A stretch of DNA of 64,000 nucleotides, taken from NCBI GenBank assembly GCA_038087875.1, contig CM075995.1, positions 2,854,001 through 2,918,000 of the forward strand. The letters run 5' to 3'. Shown here one piece after another: positions 1 through 12,636 of the stretch (position 1 is its first letter; each line of letters starts with the position of its first letter). The stretch is from Malacoraja senta (taxonomy: Eukaryota). The translations under genes and the position numbers were made by a program. The notes under the pieces are model-generated. The model saw only the letters and a program-made list of their open reading frames with translations, was not told the DNA's origin and ran no database searches.

Positions 1-322
1 GTCTTTGGTCGCCACCGCCGGAACGCCGGAACGCCACCGCCGCCCCGATGTCGGCCAGCCTCGCGTTGGTAAGTCCTGGCTCTGCCTCCAGAGCCTCGTG
101 GTCGGTCATAGTTGGAGGCCGCCAGCTCCGCCATTAGGCCTCAGAAAATGTCGCATTCCCCCGAAGGAAGAGACAAAAATCATGTTTTCACTCCCCCACA
201 CACATACACAACCCAATAAACTAAAATTTAACTAAAACAGGACAAAAGAAAACAACAACAAAAAATAAGAACAGACGGACTGCAGGCGAGCCGCAGCTGT
301 TCAACAGCGCCGCCACTTCCGG
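1..322 (-). mobile_element. 5' end of a GC-rich non-autonomous LINE-derived element (same class as 14601-15429 and 38911-39797); runs off the window
   Basis: + strand ...ACAGACGGACTGCAGGCGAGCCGC...GCGCCGCCAC, preceded by an A-rich tract, resembles the termini at ~15385-15429 and ~39745-39797. Confidence 0.55.
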
Positions 323-324
323 AT

Positions 325-681
325 TCTGCTTGAAATGCTGTGAGATTGGTTTTGCTGCCTGCACTGCTTGAAGTGCTGTGACAATGGATTTGCTGACTGC
401 ACTCTGCTTGAAGTGCTGTGAGATTGGATTTGCTGCCTGCACCTGCTTGAAGTGCTGTGAGATTGTATTTGCTGCCTGCATTCTGCTTGAAGTGCTGTGA
501 GATTGGATTTGCTGCCTGCACACTGCTTGAAGTGCTGTGAGGTTGGATTTAATGCCTGCAGTCTGCTTGAAGTGCTGTGAGATTGGATTCGCTGCCTTCA
601 CTCTGTTTGAAGTGCTGTGAGATTAGATTCACTGCCCGCACTCTGCTTGAAGTGCTGTGAGATTGGATTCGCTGCCTGCAC
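325..681. repeat. 40-bp minisatellite, left part
   Basis: ~9 copies of TGCTTGAAGTGCTGTGAGATTGGATTTGCTGCCTGCACTC. Confidence 0.95.
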
Positions 682-1601
682 CAATCAAATCTGCTTAACC
701 TTACCCACTGCCTCGAGGATATAAAGTGTTGGATGGCCCAGAACTTCCTCCAACTAAACGAGAGTAAGTCTGAGGTCATCCTTCTCGGCCCCTCGGACTC
801 AATCAAAATGATAGCAGGCAGCCTTGGAAGCTTACCCCACTACTCAAACCTCACGTCAAAAACCTTGGCGTGATATTTGACTCAGCACTGAAATTTGACA
901 AACAAGTCAATGCCGTGATAAAAGCTAGCTTCTTTCAGCTTCGGACGATAGCTAAAATAAAACAATTCCTCCAGTTTGATGACCTCGAAAAGATCATCCA
1001 CACATTCATCTCCCGCCTAGATTACTGCAACTCCCTTTACACTGGCATCAGCCAATCTTCCCTGTCCCGCCTGCAAATGGTCCAAAACGCCGCAGCGAGA
1101 CTCTTGACGGGCACCCAAAAAAGGGACCACATCACCCCGATCCTGGCCTCTCTCCACTGGCTCCCTGTGCGGTTCCGTATAAACTTCAAGATCCTCCTCC
1201 ATGTCTACAAAGCCCTCAATGGGCTTGCCCCCACCTACATTAAAAGGCTTCTTACCCACCACTCCACTTCCAGGTCCCTCAGATCGGCCGACTTGGGGTT
1301 GCTGAATATCCCATGGTCTAGGCATAAGCTCAGGGGCGACCGCGCCTTTGCGGTTGCAACCCCTAGACTGTGGAACAGCATCCCCTTTTCCATCAGAACA
1401 GGCCCCTCCATCGACTCTTTTAAGTCAAGACTAAAAACGTATCTATACTCCCAAGCCTTTCCTGACGTCCTCTGAGTGAGGGCTACATGTATATATGTAT
1501 GTAGTTTGTTTTGTTTATGCTATTCTTATAACAAATGTAAAGCACTTTGGCCAACGAGAGTTGTTTTTTAAATGTGCTATATAAATAAATGTGACTTGAC
1601 T
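682..1601 (+). mobile_element. L2 LINE, 5'-truncated (RT C-terminal region and 3' UTR), inserted in the minisatellite
   Basis: Open frame to 1475 with L2 motifs SRLDYCNSL, LQMVQNAAARLL, HITPILASLHWLPV, GDRAFAV..PRLWN; AATAAA plus (TGACT)n tail; TGCAC on both sides (677-681, 1602-1606). Confidence 0.93.
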
Positions 1602-2045
1602 TGCACTGCTTGAAGTGCTGTGAGATTGGATTTGCTGCCTGCACTCTACTTGATGTGCTGTGACATTGGATTTGCTGCCTGCCCTCTGCTTGAAGTGCTG
1701 TGACATTGGATTTGCTGCCTGCACTCTACGTGATGTGCTGTGACACTGGATTTGCTGCCTGCACTCTGCTTGAAGTGCTGTGGCATTGGATTTGCTGCCT
1801 GCACTCTGCTTGAAGTGTTGTGATATTGGATTTGCTGCCTGCCCTCTGCTTGAATTGCTGTGGCATTGGATTTGCTGCCTGCACTCTGCTTGAAGTGCTG
1901 TTACATTGGATTTGCTGCCTGCACTCTGCTTGAGGTGCTGTGACATTGGATTTGCTACCTGCACTCTGCTTGAAGTGCTGTGACATTGGATTTGATGCCT
2001 GCACTCTGCTTAAAGTGCTGTGACATTGGATTTGCTGCCTGCACA
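1602..2045. repeat. 40-bp minisatellite, right part
   Basis: ~11 more copies of the same unit (mostly the GACATTGG variant). Confidence 0.95.
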
Positions 2046-2103
2046 CAATGATGACTTTTGAGGTAAATTCTCAGATGTTCTTTATTACAATTTGACCACT
2101 CAA

Positions 2104-3169
2104 TCTCTCTATATTAAAATTGTCTCTTTTTTTATGAACAGCAATGAGTCGTCAAGAGGCAGTGAGCAGCAGAACACAACAAGAGACACAAGAAAGAAAT
2201 CTTTAACATTTAAATTGTTGTTATATTTTAAGTCATTCACATTTAAACTTTAATAAATCCTTTTTCCACTTGCCATGCCTGCGTGTTCTTCATCACAATG
2301 GGTACCCAATATGCAGGAATGGCTGCGCTGTCAGAGAGCCACTAAGAGTGCATGGGGGCGAGATTGAGGGGAGATGGACTGAATGTGTGGGGGGAAGGGA
2401 AATGTCAAGGAGCAGAGTGGGGGCGTGAAGGGAGGAGGGGTGACTGAGTGAACTTCCACCACACCAGCCGTGAGTGACACGATTGCCAGCCCACCAGCCA
2501 TGAGTAAGTGAACTGCCGGCCCACCAGCCATGAGTAAGTGAACTGCCGGCCCACCAGCTGTACGTGACTGAAGTGCCAGCCCACCGGCCATGACTTAGTG
2601 AACATGCCAGCCCACCAGCCATGACTCACTGAACTGCAAGTCCAAGAATCCATTCAGTCCACAATGTCCATACTAGTCCTCTGGAAAACAGTCCCTTCAG
2701 CCCACAACACCCATACTAGCGCTCCGGAGATCCACGCAAGGATAGACTTTCCTCCTTCATTGCTGTGATCTAAAAAAATATGAAAATGTTTTAAATTGAT
2801 TGTCCACCCTCTCCCCCTTCTCTATTACAGAGTCTGTCCCCTGTTTTCAGCAGAATTTCTGGCAGTTTCTGAGCTGCCAGCCTGCCAGGCCTGAGTTACT
2901 GAGCTGCCAGTCTGCCAGGCCTGAGTGACTGAGCTGCCAGGCCTCAGTGACTGAGCTGTGCCCAAAAACCCATTCGGCCCACAATGCCCATACTAGCCCT
3001 CTGGAAACCAGTCCCTTCAGCCCACAACACCCATGCTAGCACTCCAGAAAGCCCCCCCCACACTCCTGCCACTGGCCAGCAATATTGGAATTGGTGGAGA
3101 GGTGTAATATTGCGTTGGGGGACCAGTCCTCCCGTGTGGCTGGGACCCAACGGGTCCCACTTAGTCTAG
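2104..3169 (+). mobile_element. Non-autonomous Helitron (3' end clear, 5' end tentative) with internal ~30-bp tandem repeats
   Basis: 3' hairpin GGGACCC-AAC-GGGTCCC (3142-3158) then CTAG|T (3166-3170); possible 5' A|TCTCTCTATATTAAAA at 2104; 3' half homologous to 54521-54820. Confidence 0.7.
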
Positions 3170-3850
3170 TACTTCTTAAACGTTGTGATAGTTCCTGCCT
3201 CAACTACCTCCTCTGGCAGCTCAATCCATGCACCCACCACCCTCTGTGTGAAAAAGTTACCCCTCAGATTGGTTTAGTTTAGTTTTGAGATTCAGCGAGG
3301 AAACAAACCCTTCAACCCAATGAGTGCGCCGACCAGCGATCCCCGCACATTAACACTACCCTACACACGCGCTAGGGACAATTTTTACACTTAAACAAAG
3401 CCAATTAACCTACAAACCTGTACGTCTTTGGAGTGTGGGAGGAAACCGAAGATCTCAGAGAAACCCATGCAGGTCACAGGGAGAACGTACAAACTGTACA
3501 GACAGCACCCATAGTCAGGATCAAACCCGGGTCTTTGGCACTGTAAGGCAGTAGCTCTACCGCTGCACCACGGGGCGCCCTTTACAATTCTATAAATTCT
3601 TTCCCCCTTCACCTTAAACCAATGCCCTCTTGTTCTGGATTCCCCAACTCTGGGCAAGAGACTCAGTATATAGTGCGTCTACTCAATCTATTCCTTTCAT
3701 GATTTTATACACTTCTATAAGATCACCTCTCATTCTCCTGCGCTCCAGGGAGTAGAGTCCCAGCCTGCTCAACCTCTTCCTGTAGCTCTGACCCTCCAGT
3801 CCTGGCAATATTCTTGTAAATCTTCTCTGCACCCTTTCCACTTGACAACA
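3170..3850 (-). mobile_element. CR1 3' fragment interrupted by a V-SINE
   Basis: Minus-strand frame MPRVGESRTRGHWFKVKGER; typical CR1 3' sequence. Confidence 0.8.
3268..3580 (-). mobile_element. tRNA-derived V-SINE (HE1-like)
   Basis: A box GGTGCAGCGG, B-box-like GGTTTGATCC, V-domain GTACGTTCTCCCTGTG...GGTTTCCTCCCACACTCC, (CTAAA)n tail. Confidence 0.88.
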
Positions 3851-4950
3851 TCTATATTACTAAAAGTCTGATCTTGACCGCTTTTGGCCCACTGTGGTGC
3901 GATTTCCGAGAGAACTGTCATTTTTGGCCACCTCGCTCAGAACCCACGTCCGCCTTCCTGTACCAGAGGATTTTTCCCATCGATGAAAAATCAGAGAGAT
4001 ATTAATGTTTTAAACAAAATTTGCCATTCTCTCTGCTGCCCCTGCTGGAGGGAGGGGGAGGGACTATAAAACAAGGAAGTGGTGTGCCTCACTCAGTCTC
4101 TGCAAGATGGAGGAAGCCAGAGGGTCACGTTTCTCTGAGCTCTGAATAACACTGAACACATGTCTACTCAACTGTGAGTCCCCTTAATGTGGTTTGAAAA
4201 TGAAAATATGGTTGGTTTGGGTTGCTTTGGGTTGAAGTTGTTTGGGTGCTTTGGGTTGAAGTTAAAAGGCACTACTACAAATGGTGGTTTTGGTGCTTTG
4301 GCTTGAAGTTAAAAGGCACTACTGCAAATGGTGGTTTGGGTGCTTTGGGTAACTTCCAGTTTGCACTGTATATTGATTTTAGATAAAACGCTACCACTTA
4401 CGGCTGTGATTTTTGGCCATCTTACTGAGTCCCCCTCCGCTCAGCAGGTGCAGAGAATTCTTCCCATCAATGAAAAATAAAAGTGTTATTAGTGTTTAAA
4501 AAATGTTGAGAATCTCTCTCCTGTCAATCACGCCATGAAGGCCACATCTTTTCCGGTGGGAGGGGGAGGGGTTATAAAACCCGGATGTGGCTCAGTCTCT
4601 GCATGATGGGGGAGGGAGAGGTCACGACTGTCTGAGCTGTGAATCAACTGAACACACTGAATGTCTACTGAACTGTGAGTTTGGTGTTTTGTGTGGTTTC
4701 ATGGTGGTTTTACCCTGCATGAAATGGTATGAAGCTGCATTTGAATTTGGTGGCCTTGCACCCTGCTTGAAATGGAATGGAACTGCACTTGAATTTGGTG
4801 GCCTTGCACCCTGCTTGAAGTGGAATGAAACTGCACTTGAATTTGTCGGCCTTGCACCCTGCTTGAAGTGGTATGAAACTGCACTAAATTTGGTGGCCTT
4901 GCACCCTGTTGAAAGTGGTATGAAACTGCACTTGAATTTGGTGGCCTTGT
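3851..4950 (+). mobile_element. Non-autonomous Helitron, 5' portion, ending in 48-bp tandem repeats
   Basis: A|TCTATATTACTAAAAGTCTGATCTTGACC start matches the 5' end at 55965(-); 48-bp unit TGCTTGAAGTGGTATGAAACTGCACTTGAATTTGGTGGCCTTGCACCC at ~4710-4950. Confidence 0.75.
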
Positions 4951-5512
4951 ATCCATTCTCCTACCTTCTCCCCATAATTTCTGACATCTGTACTAATAAA
5001 AAATCTATCTATCTCTGCCTTAAAAATATCCACTGACTTGGCCTCCACAGCCTTTCTATGGCAAATAATTCCAAAGATTCACCACCCTCTGACTAAAGAC
5101 ATTTCTCCTCATCTCATTCCTTAAAGAATGTCCTTTAATTCGAAGGCTATGACCTCTAGTCCTAGACTCTCCCACTAGTGCCTCCATCACAGTGAGGAGG
5201 TGCCTGGTGAACTCACTGTGGTCGATGTTAATTTGTGTTTATTGTGTGTTTTGTTATTTATTTATTATTATATGTATGACTGCAGGCAACGAAATTTCGT
5301 TCAGACCGAAAGGTCTGAATGACAAATAAAGGAATCTCTAATCTCTCTAATCTCTAGTGGAAACATCCTCTCCACATCCACTCTATCCAAGCTTTTCACT
5401 ATTCTGTACGTTTCAATGAGGTCCCCCCCCTCCTCATTCTTCTAAACTCCAGCGAGTGCAGGCCCAGTGCCAACACATGCTCATTATAGGTTAACCTACT
5501 CATTCCTGGGAT
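4951..5512 (-). mobile_element. CR1 3' fragment hosting a 173-bp insertion
   Basis: CR1 3' region (IPGMSRLTYNE..LGLHSLEFRRMR on the minus strand). Confidence 0.8.
5181..5353 (+). mobile_element. 3' end of a Rex1/Babar-type or derived non-autonomous retroelement
   Basis: TSD CTAGTG (5175-5180, 5354-5359); hairpin TTCAGACC-GAAA-GGTCTGAA; AATAAA and (AATCTCT)n-like tail. Confidence 0.75.
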
Positions 5513-6156
5513 ATAACTGCAACATGACCTCCCAACATCTGTACTCAATGGATGCATCAATAACAAAAACAATGAGACATCGTATCTCCCCTCTCTCCAC
5601 ACTCAGACAACAAGGGAGTTGATTGCCAAATTGAGTGAATCAAATTCAGATTGCACGGAATCTGTCTGCTGAACTGACACAAGACCACCCTGAACTGTGG
5701 ATGCCTCAAGTGGGACGACAAAATGGAAAAATGCAGCATCAGTGGCCACAAATGAGATACAAAATCCCTGGCACTCCCACAGCTTTGTGTTTGTCCTGAA
5801 GGGCCCAACGCAAACATGTTGCCAGCTTGCACACACAAGCAGGGGCTTTTGTTGTGAGACCACATTGGACCAACACCATATTTTCCTGAATGATTACTTC
5901 ATCTTACATGATAATTCCTCTGCTGAAAATAGGCACCTTGTTCAAATCTGTCCAACGCCATGGGCACTTTTCACATTGTCTCATGCATTTGAATATCTTC
6001 TAAGTCGCATCATTGGAGGCCTAACTGGCGATGGGTTAGCAGAAGTGTCTGAAGAAGGGTCTTGACCCGAAATGTCACCCATTCCTTCTCTCCAGAGATG
6101 CTGCCTGCCCCGCTGAGTCACTCCAACTTTTTATGTCTTTCTACAAGTAATAAAGC

Positions 6157-6616
6157 TTAGTTTAGTTTAGTTTAGAGATACAGCATTGAAACAGGCCCTT
6201 TGCCCCACTGATTCCGCGCCGACCAGCGATGCCCGCACACTTACTCTATCCTACACACTAGGGACAATTTACAAATAATACCAACCCAATTAACCGCAAT
6301 CCTGTAAGTGTTTGGAGTGTGGGAGGGAACCGGAGAGATTTGTTTAATTGAGAGATGCAGCGTGGCAGCAGGCTCTTCGGCCCACCGAGTCCACCCCTTC
6401 ACACTCGTTCCATGTCCTACACACTAAGGGCAATGTATTTAACCAATCCACCTACAAACCTGCGCATCTTTGGGGATTGGGAGGAAACCGGAGCTCCTGG
6501 ATTAAACCCACGCGGGAGAATATACAAACTGCATACTGACTGCACCCGTAGTCAGGATCGAACCCTGATCACTGGCACTGCAAGGCAGCAACTCTACCGC
6601 TGCGCCACCGTGCCTC
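6157..6616 (-). mobile_element. Two tandem V-SINE copies (one partial)
   Basis: (TTTAG)n tail, SINE body, tRNA head ending ...CTACCGCTGCGCCACCGTGCC. Confidence 0.8.
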
Positions 6617-7009
6617 CGCATAATGCTGACTCGTGCACAGGCAGCAAAAGTGCCTTTGAGATTAAGCCACGGCAGAGCTTGGTTGACGATTACAATGACG
6701 GGTTTGATCCAAAGGAAGTTACAAACAAAGTTGTGGGCTCAGAATTGGTTACAGTTTAAAAAGAAGCCTTTAATGAAGCCTGGGGCAAAGAAAGGATGCA
6801 TAAGGCAGAGGTATGTTGGGTCAGGCGGGGGCGAGGAATGTAGGATGATAACTGAATTGCTTCATTCATGAATTATAATGGCAGGACCAGAGGCAGGGTC
6901 AAGGCATCATGACAAGCCAAGTATTGTTCCGAGCTAGTTTATTCCAGAGCACAGCACTGGACAGACCACAGCACAGGAAGGGCAAAGGGTGACAGGCGCA
7001 GTTAAAGAA

Positions 7010-7620
7010 ATCGGAAAAGATTCTTTCTCTGGAACGTCAGAGGTTGAGGGGAGACATGATAGTCGTACATAAAATTATGATAGGTGCAGATAGGGTTGAC
7101 AGTCAGAAGTTGACAGCACTGGGCCTCGACTCGCTGGAGTTTAGAAGGTTGATGGGGATCTCATTGAAACTTACAGAATAATGAAAGGCAATAGGAAGAG
7201 TGGATGTGGAAAGGATGTTTCCACTGGTGGGAGAGTCTAGGACCAGAGGTCATGGCCTCAGAATTAAAGGTTGCTCTTTTAGAATGGAGGTGAGGAGAAA
7301 CTTCTTTAGTCAGAGGGTAGTGAATCTGAGAAACTCATTGCTACAGAGGGCTGTGGAGGCCAAGTCAGCGGATATTTTTATGGCAGAGATAGACAAATTA
7401 TTGATTAGCACGTATGTCAAGGGTTAGGAGGAGAAGGCAGGAAAATGGCATTGTGAGGCAGAGATCAGCCATGATTGAATGGCGAGTAGACTCGATGGGC
7501 CGAATGGCTTAATTCTACTCCTATAACTTGTGAACTTTTCTACCAAGGTGGAAATGTCCAACTCTAGACGGCAAGGGTGAGAGGGTGAAAGTTTAATGAA
7601 GATGTGTGGGGCAAGTTCAT
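7010..7620 (+). mobile_element. Nested CR1 3' fragments
   Basis: MFPLVGESRTRGHGLRIKG..FFSQRVVNL frame and CR1 3' UTR. Confidence 0.8.
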
Positions 7621-8010
7621 TAGTTTATCAGTTTAGTTTATTGTCACGTGTACCGAGGTACAGTGAAAAGCATTGGTTGTGCACCATCCATTCAGCAGAA
7701 AGACAATACATGATAATAATCGAACCATTTACAGTGTGTAGATACTTTAAATGATAAGGGGATAACGTTTAGTGCAAGGTGAAACCAGCAAAGTCCGATC
7801 AAGGATAGTCCGAGGGTCACCATTGAGGAAGATAGTAGTTCAGCACTGCTCTCTGGTTGTGGGAGGATGATCCATTTGGCTGATAGCAGCTGGGAAGAAA
7901 CTGTTCCTGAATCTGGAGGTGTGCATTTTCACACTTCTGTGCCTTTTGCCCGATGGGAGAGGGGGGAAGAGGGAGTGGCCAGGGTGCGACTCATCCTTGA
8001 TTATGCTGCC
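7621..8010 (-). mobile_element. Rex1/Babar LINE 3' fragment
   Basis: IIKDESHPGHSLFPPLPSGKRHRSVK..TSRFRNSFFPAAI; 3' TGTACCTCGGTACACGTGACAATAAA. Confidence 0.8.
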
Positions 8011-8553
8011 GGTCTTCACACAAGAGGGTGGTGGGGGCCTGGAACGTATTGCCAGGGATGGTGGCAGATACGACAGTGGCATTTAAGTAGCTTTTGGATA
8101 GACGCATGGAAATGTAGGGAATAGAGGGATATGCATCATGCACAGGTAGATAGAAACCTAGAAACAGAGAATAGGTGCAGGAGTAGGCCATTCAGCCCTT
8201 CGAGCCAGCACTGCCATTCAATATGATCATGGCTGATCATCCAAAATCAGTACCCCGTTCCTGCTTTCTCCCCTGCTTGATTCCGTTAGCCCAAAGAGCT
8301 ATATCTAACTCTCTGCAAAAAACATCCAGTGAATTGGCCTCCACTGCCATCTGTGACAAGGATTTCCATAGATTCACAACTCTCTGGCTGAAATTTGTTT
8401 TCCTCATCACAGTACTAAATGGCCTACCCCTTATTCTTAAACTGAGATCCCTGGTTCTGCACTCCCCCAACATCGGGTAACATTTATCCTGCATCAAACC
8501 TGCCCAATCCCTTAAGAATTTTATATGTTTCTATAAGATCCTAATGGTATGGT

Positions 8554-9209
8554 ATGAAAATGGTAAATCTGTTTCTAAACAGATATACCATTTTGGATAC
8601 TGTTGGGGGAGATGGCTCATCAGGGGAAGGCAGTAGCAGCCAAGTTCATGGCACCATGGGTGGCTCTGCGGCACAGGAGGGGAGGAAAAATAGTGGAAGG
8701 GCTATAGTAATAGGGGATTCAATTGTAAGGGGAATAGATAGGCGTTTCTGCGGCCACAAACGAGACTCCAGGATGGTATGTTGCCTCTCTGGTGCAAGGG
8801 TCAGGGATGTCACTGAACAGCTGCAGAACATTCTGGAGGGGGAGGGTGAACAGCCAGTTGTCGTGGTGCACATTGGCACCAACGATATAGGTAAAAAACG
8901 GGATGAGGTCCTACAAGGTGAATTTAGGGAGCTAGGAGATAAACTTTAAAAAGTAGGACCTCAAAGGTAATAATCTCTGGATTACTACCAGTGCCACGGG
9001 CTAGTCAGAGTAGAAATAGAAGGATATTGCAGATGAATACGTGGCTTGAAAAATGGTGCAAGGGGGAGGGATTCAAATTTCTAGGGCATTGGAACCAGTT
9101 CTGGGGGAGGTGGGACCAGTACAAACAGGACGGTCTGCACCTGGGCTGGAATGGAAGCAATGTCCTTGGGGGAGTGTTTGCTAGTGCTGTCGGGGAGGAT
9201 TTAAAATAA
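8554..9209 (+). pseudogene. CR1 ORF1 SGNH/GDSL-esterase domain (frameshifted)
   Basis: IGDSIVRG, HIGTND, QDGLHL motifs across ORFs 8554-8949 and 8991-9209. Confidence 0.88.
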
Positions 9210-9210
9210 T

Positions 9211-12200
9211 GTGGCAGGGGGAGGGTGCAAGAGCAGAGAGACAGAGGGGTGTAAAATGAGGGTAGAAGCAATAGGTAGCAAGGTGAAAAGTAAAAGTGGC
9301 AGGCAGACAAATCCAGGGCAAAAATCAAAAAGGGCCACTTTTCAACATAATTGTATAAGGGGTAAGAGTGTTGTAAAAACAAGCCTGAAGGCTTTGTGTC
9401 TCAATGCAAGGAGCATTCGTAATAAGGTGGATGAGTTGAATGTGCAGATAGTTATTAATGAATATGATATAGTTGGGATCACGGAGACATGGCTCCAGGG
9501 TGACCAAGGATGGGAGCTGAACATCCAGGGATATTCAATATTCAGGAGGGATAGACAGAAAGGAAAAGGAGGTGGGGTAGCGTTGCTGGTTATAGAGGAG
9601 ATTAACGCAATAGAAAGGAAGGACATTAGCTTGGAGGATGTGGAATCGATATGGGTAGAGCTGCGAAACACTAAGGGGCAGAAAACGCTAGTGGGAGTTG
9701 TGTACAGGCCACCTAACAGTAGTAGTGGAGTTGAGGATGGCATCAAACAGGAAATTAGAAATGCGTGCAACAAAGGTAAAACAGTTATAATGGGTGACTT
9801 CAATCTACATATAGATTGGGTGAATCAAATTGGCAGGGGTGCTGAGGAAGAGGATTTCTTGGAATGTATACGTGATAGTTTTCTAAACCAACATGTAGAG
9901 GAACCAACGAGAGAACAGGCTATTCTAGACTGGGTATTGAGTTATGAGGAAGGGTTAGTTGGCAGTCTTGTTGTGCGTGGCCCCTTGGGCAAGAGTGACC
10001 ATAATATGGTTGTGTTCTTGATTAGGATGGAGAGAGACATTGTTAATTCAGAAGCAAGGGTCCTGAACTTAAGAAAGGTTATGAGGGTATGAGACGTGAA
10101 TTGGCCAAGATAGACTGGCAATTGATTCTTAAAGGGTTGACGGTGGATATGCAATGGAAGGCATTTAAAGACTGCATGGATGAACTACAACAATTGTTCA
10201 TCCCAGTTTCGCAAAAGAATAAATCATGGAAGGTAGTGCATCCGTGCATAACAAGGGAAATCAGGGATAGTATCAAAACAAAGATGAAGCATACAAATTA
10301 GCCAGAAAAAGCAGACTACCAGGGGACTGGGAGAAATTGAGAGTCCAGCAGAGGAGGACAAAGGGCTTAATTAGGAAAGAGAAAATAGATTATGAAAGAA
10401 AACTGGCAGGGAACATAAAAACTGACTGCAAAAGTTTTTATAGATATGTGAAGAGAAAAAGATTAGTTAAAACAAATATAGGTCCCTTGCAGTCAGAAAC
10501 AGGCAAATTGATCATGGGGAACAAGGTCATGGCAGACCAATTGAATAACTACTTTGGTTCTGTCTTCACTAAGGAAGACATAAATAATCTGCCGGAAATA
10601 GCAGGGGACCGGGGGTCAAATGAGATGGAGGAACTGAGTGAAATCCAGGTTAGCCGGGAAGTGGTGTTAGGTAAATTGAATGGATTAAAGGCCGATAAAT
10701 CCCCAGGGCCAGATAAGTTGCATCCCAGAGTACTTAAGGAAGTAGCCCCAGAAATAGTGGATGCATTAGTGATAATTTTTCAAAACTCTTTAGATTCTGG
10801 AGTAGTTCCTGAGGATTGGAGGGTAGCTAATGTAACCCCACTTTTTAAAAAGGGAGGGAGAGAGAAAACGGGGAATTACAGACCAGTTAGTCTAACATCG
10901 GTAGTGGGGAAAATGCTAGAGTCAGTTATTAAAGATGAGATAGCAGCACATTTGGAAAGTGGTGAATTCATTGGACAAAGTCAGCATGGATTTATGAAAG
11001 GTAAATCATGTCTGACGAATCTTATAGAATTTTTCGAGGATGTAACTAGTAGAGTGGATAAGGGAGAACCAGTGGATGTGTTATATCTGGACTTTCTAAA
11101 GGCTTTCGACAAGGTACCACATAGGAGATTAGTATGCAAACTTAAAGCACACGGTATTGGGGGTTCAGTATTGATGTGGATAGAGAACTGGCTGGAAGAC
11201 AGGAAGCAAAGAGTAGGAGTAAACAGGTCCTTTTCACAATGGCAGGCAGTGACTAGTGGGGTACCGCAAGTCTCAGTGCTGGGACCCCAGCTATTTACAA
11301 TATATATTAATGATCTGGATGAGGGAATTGAATGCAACATCTCCAAGTTTGCGGATGACACGAAGCTGGGGGGCAGTGTTAGCTGTGAGGAGGATGCTAG
11401 GAGGCTGCAAGGTGACTTGGATAGGTTGGGTGAGTGGGCAAATGCATGGCAGATGCAGTATAATGTGGATAAATGTGAGGTTATCCACTTTGGTGGCAAA
11501 AACAGGAAAGATTATTACCTGAATGGTGGCCGATTAGGAAAAGGGGAGATGCGATGAGACCTGGGTGTCATGGTACACCAGTCATTGAAAGTAGGCATGC
11601 AGGTGCAGCAGGCAGTGAAGAAAGCGAATAGTATGTTAGCATTCATTGCAACAGGATTTGAATATAAGAGCAGGGAGGTTCTACTGCAGTTGTACAGGGT
11701 CTTGGTGAGACCACACCTGGAGTATTGCGTACAGTTTTGGTCTCCTAATCTGAGGAAAGACATTCTTGCCATAGAGGGAGTACAGAGAAGGTTCACCAGA
11801 CTGATTCCTGGGATGGCAGGACTTTCATATGAAGAAAGACTGGATAGATTCGGCTTGTACTCGCTAGAATTTAGAAGATTGAGGGAGGATCTTATAGAAA
11901 CGTAGAAAATTCTTAAGGGGTTGGACAGGCTAGATGCAGGAAGATTATTCCCGATGTTGGGGAAGTCCAGAACAAGGGGTCACAGTTTAAAGATAAGGGG
12001 GAAGTCTTTTAGGACCGAGTTGAGAAAGCAGGAGAATGGGGTTAGGAGGGAGAGATAGATCAGCCTTGATTGATTTCACACAGAGAGTGGTGAATCTGTG
12101 GAATTCTCTGCCACAGAAGGTAGTTGAGGCCAGCTCATTGGCTATATTTAAGAGGGAGTTAGATGTGGCCCTTGTGGCTAAAGGGATCAGGGGGTTTGGA

Positions 12201-12232
12201 GAGAAGGCAGGTACAGGATACTGAGTTGGATG
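9211..12232 (+). pseudogene. CR1 ORF2 (APE endonuclease and reverse transcriptase), disrupted
   Basis: NARS, ITETW, YRPP, MGDFN, SDHN; KSPGPD, NYRPVSLTS, QHGF, KAFDKV, FADD; several frameshifts and stops. Confidence 0.93.
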
Positions 12233-12420
12233 ATCAGCCATGATCATATTGAATGGCGCTGCAGGCTTGAAGGGCCGAATGGGCTACTCCTGCACCTATT
12301 TTCTATGTTTCTATGTCTATCCCCTCTCATCCTAAATTCCAGTGAGATCAATTTACCTTGGCATCATGTTTAGCTCAAACATTGTGGGCTGAAGGGCCTC
12401 TTCCTGCGCTGCACTGTTCT

Positions 12421-12612
12421 ATGTGTAGGAAAGAACTGCAGATGCTGGTTTAAATCAAAGGTAGACACAAAATGCTGGAGTAACTGAGCGGGACAGGCAG
12501 CATCTCTGGAGAGAAGGAATGGGTGACGTTTCGGGTCAGGTCGGGTCTGAAGAATGGTCTTGACCCGAAACGTCACCCATTCCTTCTCTCCAGCATTTTA
12601 CTCCAGCATTTC
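12421..12612. mobile_element. Palindromic Penelope-derived element with hammerhead motif
   Basis: Inverted arms (GGAGAGAAGGAATGGGTGACGTTTCGGGTC / GACCCGAAACGTCACCCATTCCTTCTCTCC); CTGAAGA...GAAACGTC core at 12547-12574. Confidence 0.7.
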
Positions 12613-12636
12613 CTGTACTGTTCTATGTTCTACATA

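Larger units (their letters stand above)
8542..12318 (+). mobile_element. Near-full-length CR1 (HER1-like) LINE, 5'-truncated within ORF1, with frameshifts
   Basis: SGNH esterase ORF1, APE endonuclease, RT, 3' (TTTCTATG)n tail; splits an antisense CR1 tail (8150-8541 resumes ~12319). Confidence 0.95.

Noticed and set aside
325..2045. 40-bp repeats as a CRISPR array, or the repetitive ORFs (QAANPISQHFKQ) as proteins
   Set aside because: Units are head-to-tail with no unique spacers, the context is eukaryotic, and the ORFs are translation artefacts of the minisatellite.
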